Of a stretch of 64,000 nt of DNA, positions 10,241 through 18,774 are shown piece after piece. A program made the position numbers and the translations under genes. Every line of letters starts with the position of its first letter. Within the stretch, counting starts at the first letter, position 1. Under the pieces are notes generated by a model. It saw only the letters and a list, made by a program, of their open reading frames with translations. It ran no database searches and was not told where the DNA came from. Source of the DNA: Patescibacteria group bacterium (GTDB lineage Bacteria; Patescibacteriota; Patescibacteriia; SBBC01; CAIJZX01); assembly GCA_038065275.1 (NCBI GenBank), contig JBBTRH010000005.1, positions 26,466 through 90,465 of the forward strand, read 5' to 3'.

Positions 10241-10996
10241 TTATAAAAGTTTTGACTGGGATTGATGTTGCTTAATCCTTTTACGCGCCATTTCACAGTA
10301 ATCGGGAGAAATATCAATGCCAATATACTTGCGTTTATGGTTAATTGCGGAAATGGCCGTCGTCCCTGACCCCATAAATGGATCTAAAACTACTTTAGCG
10401 TCTGTTGCCGAAATTATTCGGTCAATTAACTTTACAGGAAACGCGGCAGGGTGTTTATTGTTCATTTCTTGGGTAAACTCCCACACATCTCCGAGAGCAT
10501 TTGCTTTATCGGCAAGCTTAAATTTTGGTTTAGCAATCAAATAAATTACTTCGTAAGTCGGTAAAAAGTAACCGGCGTTAAAATTCAACCCACCTTTTCT
10601 TTTCCAAATGATTATCTGGCGCACGGGAAAACCAGCCACAATATCTTGTCGATCTTGCAAAAGTCCCGCCTGAACACGCCATTTATGATTGTAAAAAATT
10701 GCGCCATTCTCAGGAATAATTCTTAGCATTTCGGTAAGGGAGTCTCTTTGCCACTTCACATACTTTTCGTGCGGCATACTGTCATCATGATGAGAGTACC
10801 CATTTTGAAGTGCCGCGTTTGCCCATTTTCCACCCCGACCATCTTTCATTCCGTTTCCAGTTGAATTTTTTAGGTTATACGGAGGCGAAGTAACGACTAA
10901 ATCTACCGACCCGTCGGGTATTTGTTTCATTACATCAACGGCATTTCCGCAAATATTTTTGTTGATAAAATCTAATGGATAGTTGAGCTTTTTCAT
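10241..10996 (-). CDS. N4-C/N6-A DNA methyltransferase (beta class)
   Basis: TSPPY precedes DPFMGSGTT. Confidence 0.93.
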   Translation of the reverse strand: MKKLNYPLDFINKNICGNAVDVMKQIPDGSVDLVVTSPPYNLKNSTGNGMKDGRGGKWANAALQNGYSHHDDSMPHEKYVKWQRDSLTEMLRIIPENGAIFYNHKWRVQAGLLQDRQDIVAGFPVRQIIIWKRKGGLNFNAGYFLPTYEVIYLIAKPKFKLADKANALGDVWEFTQEMNNKHPAAFPVKLIDRIISATDAKVVLDPFMGSGTTAISAINHKRKYIGIDISPDYCEMARKRIKQHQSQSKLL

Positions 10997-10997
10997 A

Positions 10998-11210
10998 TTA
11001 CTTTAGAAGATCATCACTGGAAATTTCTAACGCTTGAGCAAGTCTTGCCACTGTCGAAAGAGTCACGTTTCTTTTACCATTCTCAATGCCACTAATGTAC
11101 GCTCTGTCAGCGCCAATTTTCGAAGCAATGTCTCCTTGGGACATTCCTTTCTTCGTCCGTATCTTTTTGAGATTATCGCCTAAACGGGAATTGATCGTAT
11201 CGGTATTCAC
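10998..11210 (-). CDS. XRE-family HTH regulator (R-M controller-like)
   Basis: MSQGDIA..YISGIENGKRNVTL motif; first gene of the R-M operon. Confidence 0.88.
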   Translation of the reverse strand: MNTDTINSRLGDNLKKIRTKKGMSQGDIASKIGADRAYISGIENGKRNVTLSTVARLAQALEISSDDLLK

Positions 11211-11230
11211 TTGACCAATATACTCCCTTG

Positions 11231-11264
11231 TTGCACTATAGAGCAATAGTGTACTATAGTACAC
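11231..11264. promoter_or_regulatory. Tandem palindromic operator (C-box-like)
   Basis: TTGCACTATAGAGCAA and perfect GTGTACTATAGTACAC, about 20 bp upstream of the HTH start. Confidence 0.65.
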
Positions 11265-11323
11265 AAAGCACATTGGGGAGCCGAAAGCGCGCGCACGGGA
11301 GGGCGGGGCAAGCGCTTATCTCT

Positions 11324-11686
11324 ACAGGCGGCGCATCCCGTAGCAACGGGATACGAACCCCTCGGGCGGCGGGAAAATGCGGCGGCGGGGCGCGGGCGGG
11401 CGGAATTCCCCCTTAGACCCCCTTCCGCCCGCCCGAATCGCCTAAAACTGCCCTTCAAAATAGGTTCGAGCGGCGTTCAGCAATTTCCACCAAATGAAAC
11501 TTCCGCGAAAGTCTACGGTCAAATTCCAGGGTTTAGCCAATATCCACCGCACGCTTTTATCCACCAGGCGGCGGTTCGTAGCCCCAGAAGGGGCTAGGTA
11601 TGAAAATGGTCGTGTGATATTACCATTTTCGTACCTTCCAATTTTTTCCGGTTCCGCTCCGAAGCGGAACACGAAGCAAGTTTTTC
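11324..11686 (-). repeat. Internal inverted attP-like copy of the recombinase 3' end plus GC-rich tail
   Basis: 11487-11579 matches the reverse complement of 13902-13994 at 92/93; further 15-bp and 16-bp matching blocks are separated by hairpins. Confidence 0.9.
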
Positions 11687-11736
11687 CGAATCCCGCGCTT
11701 CACTTCCAGTAGTAAGAATGGTTAACTAATAGCACT

Positions 11737-12534
11737 ATGAGCATAAGAATTATCATGCGAGACAATAGCGGTAATAAGTTCTGGATTATTACCCCAAACA
11801 TTAGTATGTATAGCTTTGCGTCCAAATCAAAAAACGTGACTTTCTTGGAAATCTTTTATCGCTTTGCACAGGTTCTAGTTAAACCGCGGAAAGGGCTAAC
11901 AAAGGGTGAAGAGGAGAAGATACTTTTGTCGAGAAAACGGGTCTTGGTTGAGTTAAACAATAAGGTAATGGCGTTAAAATACCTTGCCAACGAATGTAAA
12001 AAGCAGGGCGAGAAATTAATTGCGAGAAAAGATAGCAAAAAGAGAATATACGACTATAAACCATATCAAGTTTTTCTGGCTCTTTGTGAAAGTTATCTGG
12101 ACACTGTACACAGTACCTACGATTGCATCGCTGATCTGGACGGGTTTTTAGGCAAGAAATATGCCCGTGCTATCAATAAAGAACAATGGTTTAAGATCGA
12201 TATGGATTTAAGAAACGTTTTTCATCACAACCAAAGCCCTCTAGTTACTATTGAGAAAGGGAAGGTAGATTTCACCATAGAAAAGCTACCAAGGAGCCCA
12301 AGATTTTTGACTCCGGCAATGAAAAACCCACACGGACGATACGAATTCTCTTTAGACCCAAAGGATTTGGGCGAAGACATTCTTACATTTCTTGAAAAAT
12401 GGGCAAAGCAATATTTGGATTTGATTGATGGCAACGAGAGCATTGACGCAATTGCGGGTTATAAAAAAGATGGTGGTGTAAGAACCAAGAAAGTCACCTT
12501 AAAAGAACTTATGAAACGAGTCGTTGCTACCTAA
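11737..12534 (+). CDS. Hypothetical protein, putative HEPN RNase
   Basis: Helical protein with RNVFHH (Rx4H) motif; 5 bp upstream of the recombinase; start uncertain. Confidence 0.55.
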   Translation: MSIRIIMRDNSGNKFWIITPNISMYSFASKSKNVTFLEIFYRFAQVLVKPRKGLTKGEEEKILLSRKRVLVELNNKVMALKYLANECKKQGEKLIARKDSKKRIYDYKPYQVFLALCESYLDTVHSTYDCIADLDGFLGKKYARAINKEQWFKIDMDLRNVFHHNQSPLVTIEKGKVDFTIEKLPRSPRFLTPAMKNPHGRYEFSLDPKDLGEDILTFLEKWAKQYLDLIDGNESIDAIAGYKKDGGVRTKKVTLKELMKRVVAT

Positions 12535-12539
12535 AAACT

Positions 12540-14030
12540 ATGCGGTATTTTCTTTACGCTCGAAAATCAACCGAGGATGAAGAACATCAGATCATGTCCA
12601 TTGAGGCACAGCTCTTTGAGTTGTCCGAATATGCCAAGCGAGAAAAGATAACCATTGCCGAAAAGTTTATTGAAAGTAAAAGCGCGAAAAGTCCCGGTCG
12701 GGAAATTTTCGGCCAGATGATTGTCAAAATACAGGAAAGTAAAGAACCAATCGGCATTCTCGCTTGGCATCCTGATCGCTTGGCCCGAAATAGTATTGAT
12801 GGTGGTCAAATTATCTACCTCGTCGACGGCAAGAAAATCGCGGCCTTGCGTTTCCCGACATTCTGGTTTGAACCGACACCGCAAGGGCTATTCATGCTCC
12901 AAGTCGCGTTTGGCCAATCGAAATACTATTCGGACAACTTAAGCGAGAACGTGAAGCGCGGGATTCGTCAAAAACTCAGACGTGGTGAGTCCCCAAATTA
13001 TGCGGCAATCGGGTACGTCAATAATTTTAAAACCCGGACAATTGAACCCGATCCGTTCAAAGGGCGTGTCATCGCTAAAGCATTTGAAGAATATGCGAAA
13101 GGAATGCACACCCTCGAAAGTCTAGGCAAGCGTCTGAGTTTTTGGGGTATAGTCAGTCGGACCGGAAAGCCGCTCCCAAAAGCAACGTTGAGCCGAATGT
13201 TGACCAATCCGGTTCATTGCGGATTGATTCGGCATAATGGCGAAACATATCCGGGCGGTTTTGCCGCTAACGTCTCGATGGAGTTATTCGAAAAAGTCCA
13301 GAAAGTCTATAAGCAAAATCAAAAAGGTCATCATTTTCGTAAGCGTCATCATTTTGCTTTAACTGGACTATTGAAGTGCGGAGAATGTGGCGCGGCAATA
13401 ACCGCCCAAAATACCAAAGGTCATGGCGGTTGGTATGTGTATTATCGCTGTACCAAACGTCTTGGTCCTTGTAAGCAAGGATACATTCAACAAGAGCGGC
13501 TTTCCGATCTGATCCGCGCAAAGGTTCGAGAAGTTGCAATAAGCGAAGACTGGGCGAAGAAAATGTTGGATAAGGTAACGATGTGGGAAAATGAGATCGC
13601 CCAGTCTTCGCAGTCTTCCGCCCAAAATCTCAAAACAAGGATGAAGGAAACAGAATTACAGCTTGACCGCATAGTGAATGCTTTCCTTGATGGCTCTATT
13701 GAAAAGGCTGTTTATTTGGAAAAGAAAGATGCATTGATTAAAACTCAAACTGGCCTTGAACAGAAAAAGGCGGATTTTGGGCGGAAGACCCTTTATTGGA
13801 TCGAACCTTTGCGCCAGTGGATATTAGACGCTCAAAAGGCCGAAAAACTTGCTTCGTCGAACGATTTACCTGAATTGAAATCGTTCGCGGAAAAAATTGG
13901 AACGAACCGCCGCCTGGTGGATAAAAGCGTGCGGTGGATATTGGCTAAACCCTGGAATTTGACCGTAAACTTTCGCGGAAGTTTCATTTGGTGGGCCCCC
14001 CGGGACTCGAACCCGGAACTCTCAGCTTAA
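12540..14030 (+). CDS. Large serine recombinase (resolvase + recombinase + zinc ribbon + coiled coil)
   Basis: YARKSTE catalytic motif, DRLARN, CGECG...YYRC; last codons are antisense to tRNA-Lys. Confidence 0.95.
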   Translation: MRYFLYARKSTEDEEHQIMSIEAQLFELSEYAKREKITIAEKFIESKSAKSPGREIFGQMIVKIQESKEPIGILAWHPDRLARNSIDGGQIIYLVDGKKIAALRFPTFWFEPTPQGLFMLQVAFGQSKYYSDNLSENVKRGIRQKLRRGESPNYAAIGYVNNFKTRTIEPDPFKGRVIAKAFEEYAKGMHTLESLGKRLSFWGIVSRTGKPLPKATLSRMLTNPVHCGLIRHNGETYPGGFAANVSMELFEKVQKVYKQNQKGHHFRKRHHFALTGLLKCGECGAAITAQNTKGHGGWYVYYRCTKRLGPCKQGYIQQERLSDLIRAKVREVAISEDWAKKMLDKVTMWENEIAQSSQSSAQNLKTRMKETELQLDRIVNAFLDGSIEKAVYLEKKDALIKTQTGLEQKKADFGRKTLYWIEPLRQWILDAQKAEKLASSNDLPELKSFAEKIGTNRRLVDKSVRWILAKPWNLTVNFRGSFIWWAPRDSNPELSA

Positions 14031-14063
14031 AAGGCTGATACTCTACCATTGAGTTAGGGACCC
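13989..14063 (-). tRNA. tRNA-Lys(TTT)
   Basis: GGGTCCC..TCAGC-CTTTTAA-GCTGA..GTTCGAG..GGGCCCA-CCA cloverleaf. Confidence 0.95.
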
Positions 14064-14110
14064 ATGTTGTAAACACTGCTTGCTTTAGAAAGGACGAGAT
14101 GTGTTTCACG

Positions 14111-14188
14111 TTGAGCCCCGACGTCCCGCTTACGGCGGGAGTCGGGGTCCCGAATCCCGCTTAGCGGGACTTCGGGATTAGGGACCCA
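14111..14188 (-). repeat. Hairpin-interrupted duplicate of the tRNA-Lys 5' end
   Basis: TTGAG[two hairpins]TTAGGGACCCA versus TTGAGTTAGGGACCCA in the tRNA. Confidence 0.65.
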
Positions 14189-14308
14189 AAACTGCGCTGA
14201 TGCTAGCATATTCAGCGTTATGGAGCAAGCGTCGCCGGTCCCCGATTCCCTTGACGCTCAAGCGACTGGGGCTTATGCTTCATCTGCAAACACTAACATC
14301 AGATCAAT

Positions 14309-15238
14309 ATGAACATCCCGCCAGCCGCAACCCCGCCGCAGAATCCCGTCCGTCCATCGATCGGTAAGGCTTCTCTCAAAGCGCTTGGTTTTGGTCTCCT
14401 GCTCGCCATTCCGATGACGTACGTCTTCGCGTATGGCGCCTTCTCGTTCATCTCGTACTTCCGGTTGAGCTACAACTGGGGCCTAGCCGGGATGTTCATT
14501 CCCTTCATCATCCTCTTCTATGGTTTCGCCGCCAACGCCATCATCATGGGCCTCACCACCTTCATCACCCTCGAACGGTCGCGCCGACCCTACCTCCACG
14601 CCGTCCTCATCGGCTTGATCGTCAACCTCCTGTTCATCATCGGCGGCTGGGGCTACAACCTCTATGCGTATCAAGGCCGGTTGACCGAGTTAAAGGCCCA
14701 ACGGAACAATGACAGTTACGTCACGGCTAAGGGTATTGCTGATTGCGCTAAGCTGACTGATGTCCAGTACTGGCGGGTGTGCATCAATAACAAGGTTGCC
14801 ACCGCCGCCGACAAAGCCGCCTGTGACACCCAAGCGATAAAATACGCCGCTCAATCCGGCGGAGCGACGAGCGAGTGCGCGCAAGAGCTGGCGATCAGTT
14901 CCGGATCGACTGCCCTCTGCGCCGATGTGCCGCTCAACGGCAACGCCTACGCCAATCAACGCGATTGCCTGTCCAAAACGATTCAGAAATCTTGGGAGAA
15001 GAACGACCGGAAAACGCCGCTGGCGATTGTCGAAGGATGCGCCGCCATCACCGATCCCCAGGAGAAGCAGTTCTGCTACGTCGTCTCGCTCCGTCAACTT
15101 ACAAAAGGCGATCCGGCCGCGACTGTTGCTTGCCAGCGCCTCGATCCGCACTTGTGGTTCGGCCCAATCAGCACCGCTGACAACGACCTGACGAATATCA
15201 AGAATGTCTGCGGTCTGACTATTACCCCGACTTCGTAG
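14309..15238 (+). CDS. Membrane protein with Cys-rich extracellular repeats
   Basis: Three N-terminal TM helices followed by regularly spaced Cys pairs. Confidence 0.75.
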   Translation: MNIPPAATPPQNPVRPSIGKASLKALGFGLLLAIPMTYVFAYGAFSFISYFRLSYNWGLAGMFIPFIILFYGFAANAIIMGLTTFITLERSRRPYLHAVLIGLIVNLLFIIGGWGYNLYAYQGRLTELKAQRNNDSYVTAKGIADCAKLTDVQYWRVCINNKVATAADKAACDTQAIKYAAQSGGATSECAQELAISSGSTALCADVPLNGNAYANQRDCLSKTIQKSWEKNDRKTPLAIVEGCAAITDPQEKQFCYVVSLRQLTKGDPAATVACQRLDPHLWFGPISTADNDLTNIKNVCGLTITPTS

Positions 15239-15241
15239 CGA

Positions 15242-15781
15242 CTACTTCTTCCCCTGCGCCCGTTCGATAAGTTTGTAGAACACCTCCCGGGTGGTAATCA
15301 CGTCGACCAAGGCGCGGTGGGCGCTTGGCTGGGGCACCTTGAGGTAGGCCGCGACGTTCGACAGTTTGTAGCTGGCCAGGATCAGGTAGCGCTTGGCGAT
15401 TTCTACGGTGTCAATATACTGGTTCGTCAGCGCCGGCCGGCCGAGCCGTTTCAAGTGTTCGTTGATGAACCCCAGGTCAAAGGCGACATTATGGCCGACT
15501 ATGACCGATGGGCCGATGAAGCTGACGAGCTCGGGCACGACTGCATCGGGATCTTTACCTTCAGCGTTGAGCAGGTCTTGAGTGATGCCGTGCTTGGCGT
15601 GGAAATCAGCCACGTCGGTTGGCAATGGTTTAGCCGGTTTAACCAGGCTGACGAACTCCCCGACCACGTCGCGGCCGTGGATTTTCTGGGCGGCGATTTC
15701 GATCACGTCGTGGCCGGCGGCCGGGTCGAGGCCGGTAGTTTCTACGTCGAGGACGACGAAATTGAGGGGGGTAGGTGACAT
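15242..15781 (-). CDS. DEDDh 3'-5' exonuclease (DnaQ/PolC-like)
   Basis: DVETTG, GHNVAFD and HRALVD motifs. Confidence 0.92.
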   Translation of the reverse strand: MSPTPLNFVVLDVETTGLDPAAGHDVIEIAAQKIHGRDVVGEFVSLVKPAKPLPTDVADFHAKHGITQDLLNAEGKDPDAVVPELVSFIGPSVIVGHNVAFDLGFINEHLKRLGRPALTNQYIDTVEIAKRYLILASYKLSNVAAYLKVPQPSAHRALVDVITTREVFYKLIERAQGKK

Positions 15782-15914
15782 CCCCGTTAGAAATGAAGGA
15801 AGCTAGTCAAAGCCTCACGGTTTCCTAAGCTAATTCGCTGGAGAAGATTAGTCATTGGATTGATTATCTATAGCCACAATTACCTGCTCTTCGTCAGATT
15901 CATTTCTAACGGGG
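15782..15914. repeat. Family-1 inverted-repeat element, 133 bp
   Basis: Perfect 16-bp IR CCCCGTTAGAAATGAA; CAT on both flanks; abuts the exonuclease ATG. Confidence 0.85.
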
Positions 15915-16100
15915 CATCGAGTCGAATTATATAGAATTATCATCGTCGGTTCAAGCCCCGATGTTCCGCGAAAGCGGGAATTTGGACCCGACCCGACGTA
16001 TTTAGGAGGTGTCGGGGCTGTGGACGGGCGGTGTGGACGGTGTGGGTGTAAGTCGGCGTTGCGGCTATCGCCGCCACCTTGTACAATAACCTTAACTATG

Positions 16101-16271
16101 TCCCGTTAGAGGTTACCGTTCTATCTAGAAATAATTCTCAATGAACCGCCAGGACAAAATTTTGCGCCGTCTTCCGGCCTCAAAAGCCCGCGAGTGGCAT
16201 CAAGAGCTAACCATAGATAAGTCTTTTATTGGGCACCTGGAACCGGATAATTTGTGTAACCTCTAACGGGA
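16101..16271. repeat. Family-1 element, 171 bp
   Basis: 16-bp IR TCCCGTTAGAGGTTAC; last base is the A of the dnaB ATG. Confidence 0.85.
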
Positions 16272-17644
16272 TGGCCACCCCTGCTTCGACCGACATCCGC
16301 ATCCCACCCCAGCAACTCGAGGCCGAACAGGCCGTCTTGGGGTCTTTGCTGATCGACCGCGACGCGGTCATCCGCATCGCCGACACGCTGGTGCCGGAAG
16401 ACTTCTACGCCGACAAACACCGCTACGTCTTTGACGCGATGCTGACCCTCTACCAGCGGCACGACCCGATTGACATTGTGGCGCTGTCGAACCTCCTGCA
16501 GGAGCGCCTCCGTCTCGACGTCATCGGCGGACGCAGTTTTCTCGTCTCGCTCTCGAACGCCGTCCCGACGGCGGCTAACGTCGTCCAGTACGCCGCCATC
16601 GTCCAGAAAAAGGCCACCCTCCGTCGGCTGATCGACGTGGCCGGCACCATGCTGCAAAGCGGCTACCAGGAAACGGAGGACGTTTCGGCCCTGCTCGACA
16701 AAGCCGAGCAATCGCTGTTCAACGTCTCCCAGCGCTATCTCCGCCAGAATTTCATCAACATCCGCGACGTCCTCGACGAAGCCTTTGACCGGATCGACCA
16801 GCTCCACCACGAATCCGGCCAGCTCCGCGGCGTGGCGACCGGTTTCACCCGCCTCGACTCCCTTCTCGGCGGGCTCCAGAAGTCCGACTTGATCATTCTG
16901 GCCGCCCGGCCGTCGGTCGGCAAAACCTCGCTGGCCCTCGATATCGCCCGGAACGTGGCGGTCAAGTCGAAACTGCCGGTCGGCCTCTTCTCACTCGAAA
17001 TGTCGAAGGAACAGCTGGTTGACCGTTTACTCGTCGCGCAGGCTGACGTTGATCTTTGGAAGATGCGCACCGGCCGGTTGAAAGACGACGAAGACTTCCA
17101 GCGCATCGGCCACGCCATGGGCGTCTTGGCCGAAGCGCCGATTTTCATCGACGACAGCGCCAGCGCCAACATCATGGAAATCCGCACCAAGGCTCGCCGG
17201 CTCCAGTCCGAACATAAGACCCTCGGCCTGATCGTCATCGACTATTTGCAACTGATGGAAAGCCGGACTGGCGAAAACCGCACGCAAGAAGTTTCGGAAA
17301 TCACGCGCGGCCTCAAATCAATCGCCCGCGAGTTGAACGTGCCGGTGCTGGCGCTGTCCCAGCTGTCCCGCGCCGTTGAACTCGAACGGCCGCCGATCCC
17401 GAAACTCGCCCACTTGCGCGAATCCGGTTCAATCGAGCAGGATTCCGACGTGGTGATCTTCATCTACCGCCCGGCGGTTTACGATCACGACCTGCAAGAC
17501 GACAAGAAGAACCTGGCCGAAATCCATATCGCCAAACACCGCAACGGCCCGACCGGCCGCGTTAACCTGTCCTTCGTCGAACGCCGCGCCAGTTTCGACA
17601 ATCGTGATGAGCGGATGGGTGAACCGGAGTTTCAGGGGGAGTAA
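16271..17644 (+). CDS. dnaB: Replicative DNA helicase
   Basis: AARPSVGKT, IDYLQLM, LRESGSIEQD and KHRNGPTG motifs. Confidence 0.97.
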   Translation: MATPASTDIRIPPQQLEAEQAVLGSLLIDRDAVIRIADTLVPEDFYADKHRYVFDAMLTLYQRHDPIDIVALSNLLQERLRLDVIGGRSFLVSLSNAVPTAANVVQYAAIVQKKATLRRLIDVAGTMLQSGYQETEDVSALLDKAEQSLFNVSQRYLRQNFINIRDVLDEAFDRIDQLHHESGQLRGVATGFTRLDSLLGGLQKSDLIILAARPSVGKTSLALDIARNVAVKSKLPVGLFSLEMSKEQLVDRLLVAQADVDLWKMRTGRLKDDEDFQRIGHAMGVLAEAPIFIDDSASANIMEIRTKARRLQSEHKTLGLIVIDYLQLMESRTGENRTQEVSEITRGLKSIARELNVPVLALSQLSRAVELERPPIPKLAHLRESGSIEQDSDVVIFIYRPAVYDHDLQDDKKNLAEIHIAKHRNGPTGRVNLSFVERRASFDNRDERMGEPEFQGE

Positions 17645-17741
17645 CCTCCCCCTCGTTCCCCCTCCTTAATTAAGGAGGGGGATGTCCGCAGGACAGGGGG
17701 AAGTGATTGCCCCCTCCAGCGTTTTTTGATACACTACCCCC

Positions 17742-18041
17742 ATGTTCAACAAGCTCAAACAATTCAAAGACCTCCGTCACCAGGCCAAGGAAATGCAACA
17801 TACCCTGGCCCAGGAAACGGTCTACGCCGATAGCGCCCGCGGCAAGGTGCAGGTCGTGATGGACGGCAATCAGCACGTCAACGGCCTGACCATCGACCCG
17901 GAGTTACTTAAGCCGGAGCGCAAAACCGAAACGGAGAGGGCCGTCCAGGACGCCTTCAACGACGCGGTCAAGAAGTCGCAGATGGCGATGGCCAAGAAGG
18001 CTCGTGAGATGGGCCACCTCAACCTACCGGGATTGTCTTAA
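17742..18041 (+). CDS. ybaB: YbaB/EbfC nucleoid-associated protein
   Basis: Typical size and sequence; upstream of recR. Confidence 0.88.
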   Translation: MFNKLKQFKDLRHQAKEMQHTLAQETVYADSARGKVQVVMDGNQHVNGLTIDPELLKPERKTETERAVQDAFNDAVKKSQMAMAKKAREMGHLNLPGLS

Positions 18042-18140
18042 CCCCGTTAGAAGTTTTCTTGATTGCCCTTGTAGCTGGTTTAACAATCATGCTCGTATGC
18101 GCATAAGGCGGTCGTTTATAGACAATAACTTCTAACGGAG
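18042..18140. repeat. Family-1 element, 99 bp
   Basis: CCCCGTTAGAAGTT..AACTTCTAACGGAG fills the whole ybaB stop to recR start gap. Confidence 0.85.
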
Positions 18141-18739
18141 TGGCGACCTACCCGCCAGCGATTGCCCGTCTGCTTGATGCATTGACGACGCTCCCCGGCG
18201 TCGGCCCGAAAACCGCCGAGCGGTATGTGTTTTCGCTCTTGCGACAATCGCCGCAACGCTTGCATGAGCTTTCGCAAGCGGTTGAACACCTGCGCGATCG
18301 GATCGTACTCTGTTCGCGTTGTCATACTTTCGACGAGCAGAATCCCTGCCGTTACTGCGCCGACCAGAACCGCGATCAGTCGATTATTTGCGTCGTGACT
18401 GACTCCCCTGATGTCTTAGCGATCGAACACACCGGCGCCTACAAGGGCCAGTACCACGTTCTCGGCGGAACGGTCAGTGCTATGGAAGGCCGCGGGCCGG
18501 ACCAGCTCTTTATCCGCGATCTGGTCGTCCGCATTCCGAAAGAAAACGTAACTGAGGTCATCCTCGGGATGAATCCAGACATCGAGGGCGAGACGACGAC
18601 GCTGTATCTGAAAAAAGCGCTCGAGGGACTACCAGTAAAAATTACCCAGCTGGCTCGGGGCATACCGCAGGGCGGGGATGTAACCTACCTGGATGAAGCT
18701 ACTCTATCCGAAGCCATAAATCACCGACAAACGGCCTAA
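18140..18739 (+). CDS. recR: Recombination mediator RecR
   Basis: LPGVGPKTA, C4 zinc finger, Toprim YHVLGG. Confidence 0.97.
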   Translation: MATYPPAIARLLDALTTLPGVGPKTAERYVFSLLRQSPQRLHELSQAVEHLRDRIVLCSRCHTFDEQNPCRYCADQNRDQSIICVVTDSPDVLAIEHTGAYKGQYHVLGGTVSAMEGRGPDQLFIRDLVVRIPKENVTEVILGMNPDIEGETTTLYLKKALEGLPVKITQLARGIPQGGDVTYLDEATLSEAINHRQTA

Positions 18740-18774
18740 GACGACGGGGCCGGTCGGCAATTGGCGTGGTTTTT

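Larger units (their letters stand above)
5650..13994. mobile_element. Serine-recombinase defence island integrated at the tRNA-Lys 3' end
   Basis: AT-rich block of defence genes; the recombinase runs into the tRNA CCA end; left boundary approximate. Confidence 0.8.

Noticed and set aside
11442-11672. Independent 76-aa protein
   Set aside because: It is the translated inverted copy of the recombinase end, interrupted by hairpin inserts.
11487-13994. DGR template/variable repeat pair
   Set aside because: Only one mismatch, inverted orientation, no reverse transcriptase in the window; att geometry explains it better.
16229-16270. N-terminal extensions on the listed dnaB, rplO, rpsH and rplN ORFs
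   Set aside because: They are read-through into the inserted repeat elements; the conserved proteins start at the downstream ATG.
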